A stretch of 64,000 bases of DNA from Chrysomallon squamiferum (taxonomy: Eukaryota; Animalia; Mollusca): assembly GCA_012295275.1 (NCBI GenBank), contig CM022670.1:6634001-6698000 (forward strand), written 5' to 3'. Positions 61,933-64,000 of this stretch are shown here, piece after piece. The notes below the pieces were generated by a model that made no database searches, was not told the DNA's origin, and was given only the letters and a program-made list of their open reading frames with translations. Position 1 is the first letter of the stretch. The number at the start of each line of letters is the position of its first letter. The translations under genes and the position numbers were made by a program.

Positions 61933-62977
61933 TGCATGTACGTATGTATGTATGTATGTATGTATGTATGTATATGCATATATACACTTAAATACATCGG
62001 CACACAGTCATAACGACTCGAAGAAAAAAAAAATTAAATGTATATATGTGATAATATGTAGATTTAGTATTCAGAAATATAGACACTCGTAAACGCTAGG
62101 TTCAGGTATGTAAGTACATATTATATATAGCAAAAACATCATGCACTTCTTAAACAGCCTTTGAACATAACGTTTTATCTTATCTTCTTCAATAATTTAA
62201 CATTATAAAAATATTATATATATTTTTTTAATGGTGTTTTTTTTGGCTACGCCAGTCCTTGTTTAAAACATGTGATTAGATGAAGAGTACACAGAGGAGC
62301 GTGTTTGTTTAGGTTACAAGATACTGGGGCTTCTGCTGGCCTAGTCGACGCGATACAGGAAACTCTGCCTGACAGAATAATAAATTTACTGTCACACGCA
62401 GATAAGAAAAAAAAAAAATTCTCATAAGTGATTGGAGTTACTGGTATTGATTTAGAGAGAGAAGCTGAAGAAAGCCATCTTACAAAGACTTCTTTTAATT
62501 TTCATCCTTTTCTTTCTTTTCTTCTTCTTCGCCTACTTTTCGTTTTTATCATCTTTTAAAAAAAAAAAAAAATTTTTTACAATTCTTCTCTTCATTCTTA
62601 TTTTTGTCATATTCAACGTCGTTTTTATTCTTCTTCGTTTTTCTTCCCTTTCATTTTCGTCTTTTTTTTTATCTTTATGCTTCACAGTAATTATTTTCGT
62701 TTTCTTTCTCTTCACTACCATAATTTGTTTTTTCATAATTTTTCTTCTTCATCTTCTCTTCATTATTTTTTCTTAATCATTTTCGCTATCATAACCTCTT
62801 CTTCGATATAGTCTTCATTATCATCTCTTTAATCTTTATTCGTTATAATTATCTTCATTTCTTTTTTTTTTGCCCTCAAAATTACAAGCCTTTCTTTTTC
62901 ATCTTTTTTCTTTCATTTCCTTTTCTTCACATTGTTTTCATCTTTTCTTCTTCATTTTCGTATTTTCTTTCTTTCTT

Positions 62978-63011
<34 letters not shown>

Positions 63012-63321
63012 TTTTTTTTTTTTTTTTTGTTTTTGTTTCTTTTAATAAAGATTTTCATAGAATTATTTTTCATTTCTTCTTGTTGTTTTTTTCCATTCTC
63101 TTTAGCTATGAACTCAGAAAAAATAAAGAAAGAAAATTCATGTTTATTATAAAATGCTTCAGTTATACGATATTGGAATAACAATAAAATAAAGCTGTAT
63201 TTAAACCTTACAGACTTATCGCTGAGATGTATGTCGTATCAAAGGTCTTCGATCGATACTTCTTACGTATTTTTTTGTTTTTTATTGAAATAATAAAAAC
63301 AGTATATATCTGTGTGTGTTT

Positions 63322-63326
<5 letters not shown>

Positions 63327-63394
<68 letters not shown>

Positions 63395-63463
63395 TGTGTA
63401 TACGTGTGTTATGTATATGTATATTTGTGTGTTTATATTTGTCGGTGACTGGAAGATGTACCT

Positions 63464-63550
<87 letters not shown>
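63327..63550. repeat. (TG)n and (TC)n microsatellites
   Basis: Direct inspection. Confidence 0.95.
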
Positions 63551-63555
<5 letters not shown>

Positions 63556-63669
63556 CATTCACTCAATATTTGTCTATATCTATCTATATATCTATCTATC
63601 AGTCTGTCGGTGCTGTCTGTCTGTCTGTGTGTGTGTATATAAAAATATCTATATACACATGCACACATG

Positions 63670-63701
<32 letters not shown>

Positions 63702-64000
63702 CACATATAATCTGTGTGTGTGTGTGTGTGATTGTGTGTATAAGTATAAGGTTCAAGTACATCTATCTAGGTCACACATTTTCTGTGTCTGTTCAGGTCT
63801 TGTTTGGTCTAGGATGAACAGAGAGACGAGAGAGTGAAGCGATCTTTCTCCTCTCGCTAATCAGCATAATTTATAAAACATTTTTATTTCCATATTTTCA
63901 ACTCCGTGACATAACAGCTTTGTCTTTACACCTTCGTCAAAAGAGAGTTAAAGATGTTACAGCGACCACAACAACAGCTCCAGGCAGTCACAGGAAAATG

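Overview
This is AT-rich, microsatellite-rich animal genomic DNA. The organism is an invertebrate, plausibly a mollusc or other lophotrochozoan (inference from composition and protein similarity). Two intron-rich genes lie head-to-head. TDRD3 is on the minus strand (ATG at 7596, 13 coding exons read to the left edge; OB-fold, UBA, RGG and Tudor domains). A Diaphanous-related formin is on the plus strand (ATG at 9929, 25 coding exons to the stop at 45124, about 1,120 aa; GBD/FH3, FH1, FH2 and DAD domains). I rebuilt both exon chains by hand and the splice phases are consistent. The formin has two AT-AC (U12, minor-spliceosome) introns, and one of them begins with an array of copies of its own U12 donor. 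Formin exon 3 is scrambled by a 41-bp minisatellite copied from its own 3' end and carries two in-frame TGA codons as assembled. Duplications that copy splice junctions recur in both genes. There are two candidate alternative last exons. Beyond about 48 kb I recognise no protein-coding gene. That region retains CpG and holds several promoter-like motif clusters, a hAT-type MITE and many simple repeats. Most ORFs in the supplied track are microsatellite artefacts.
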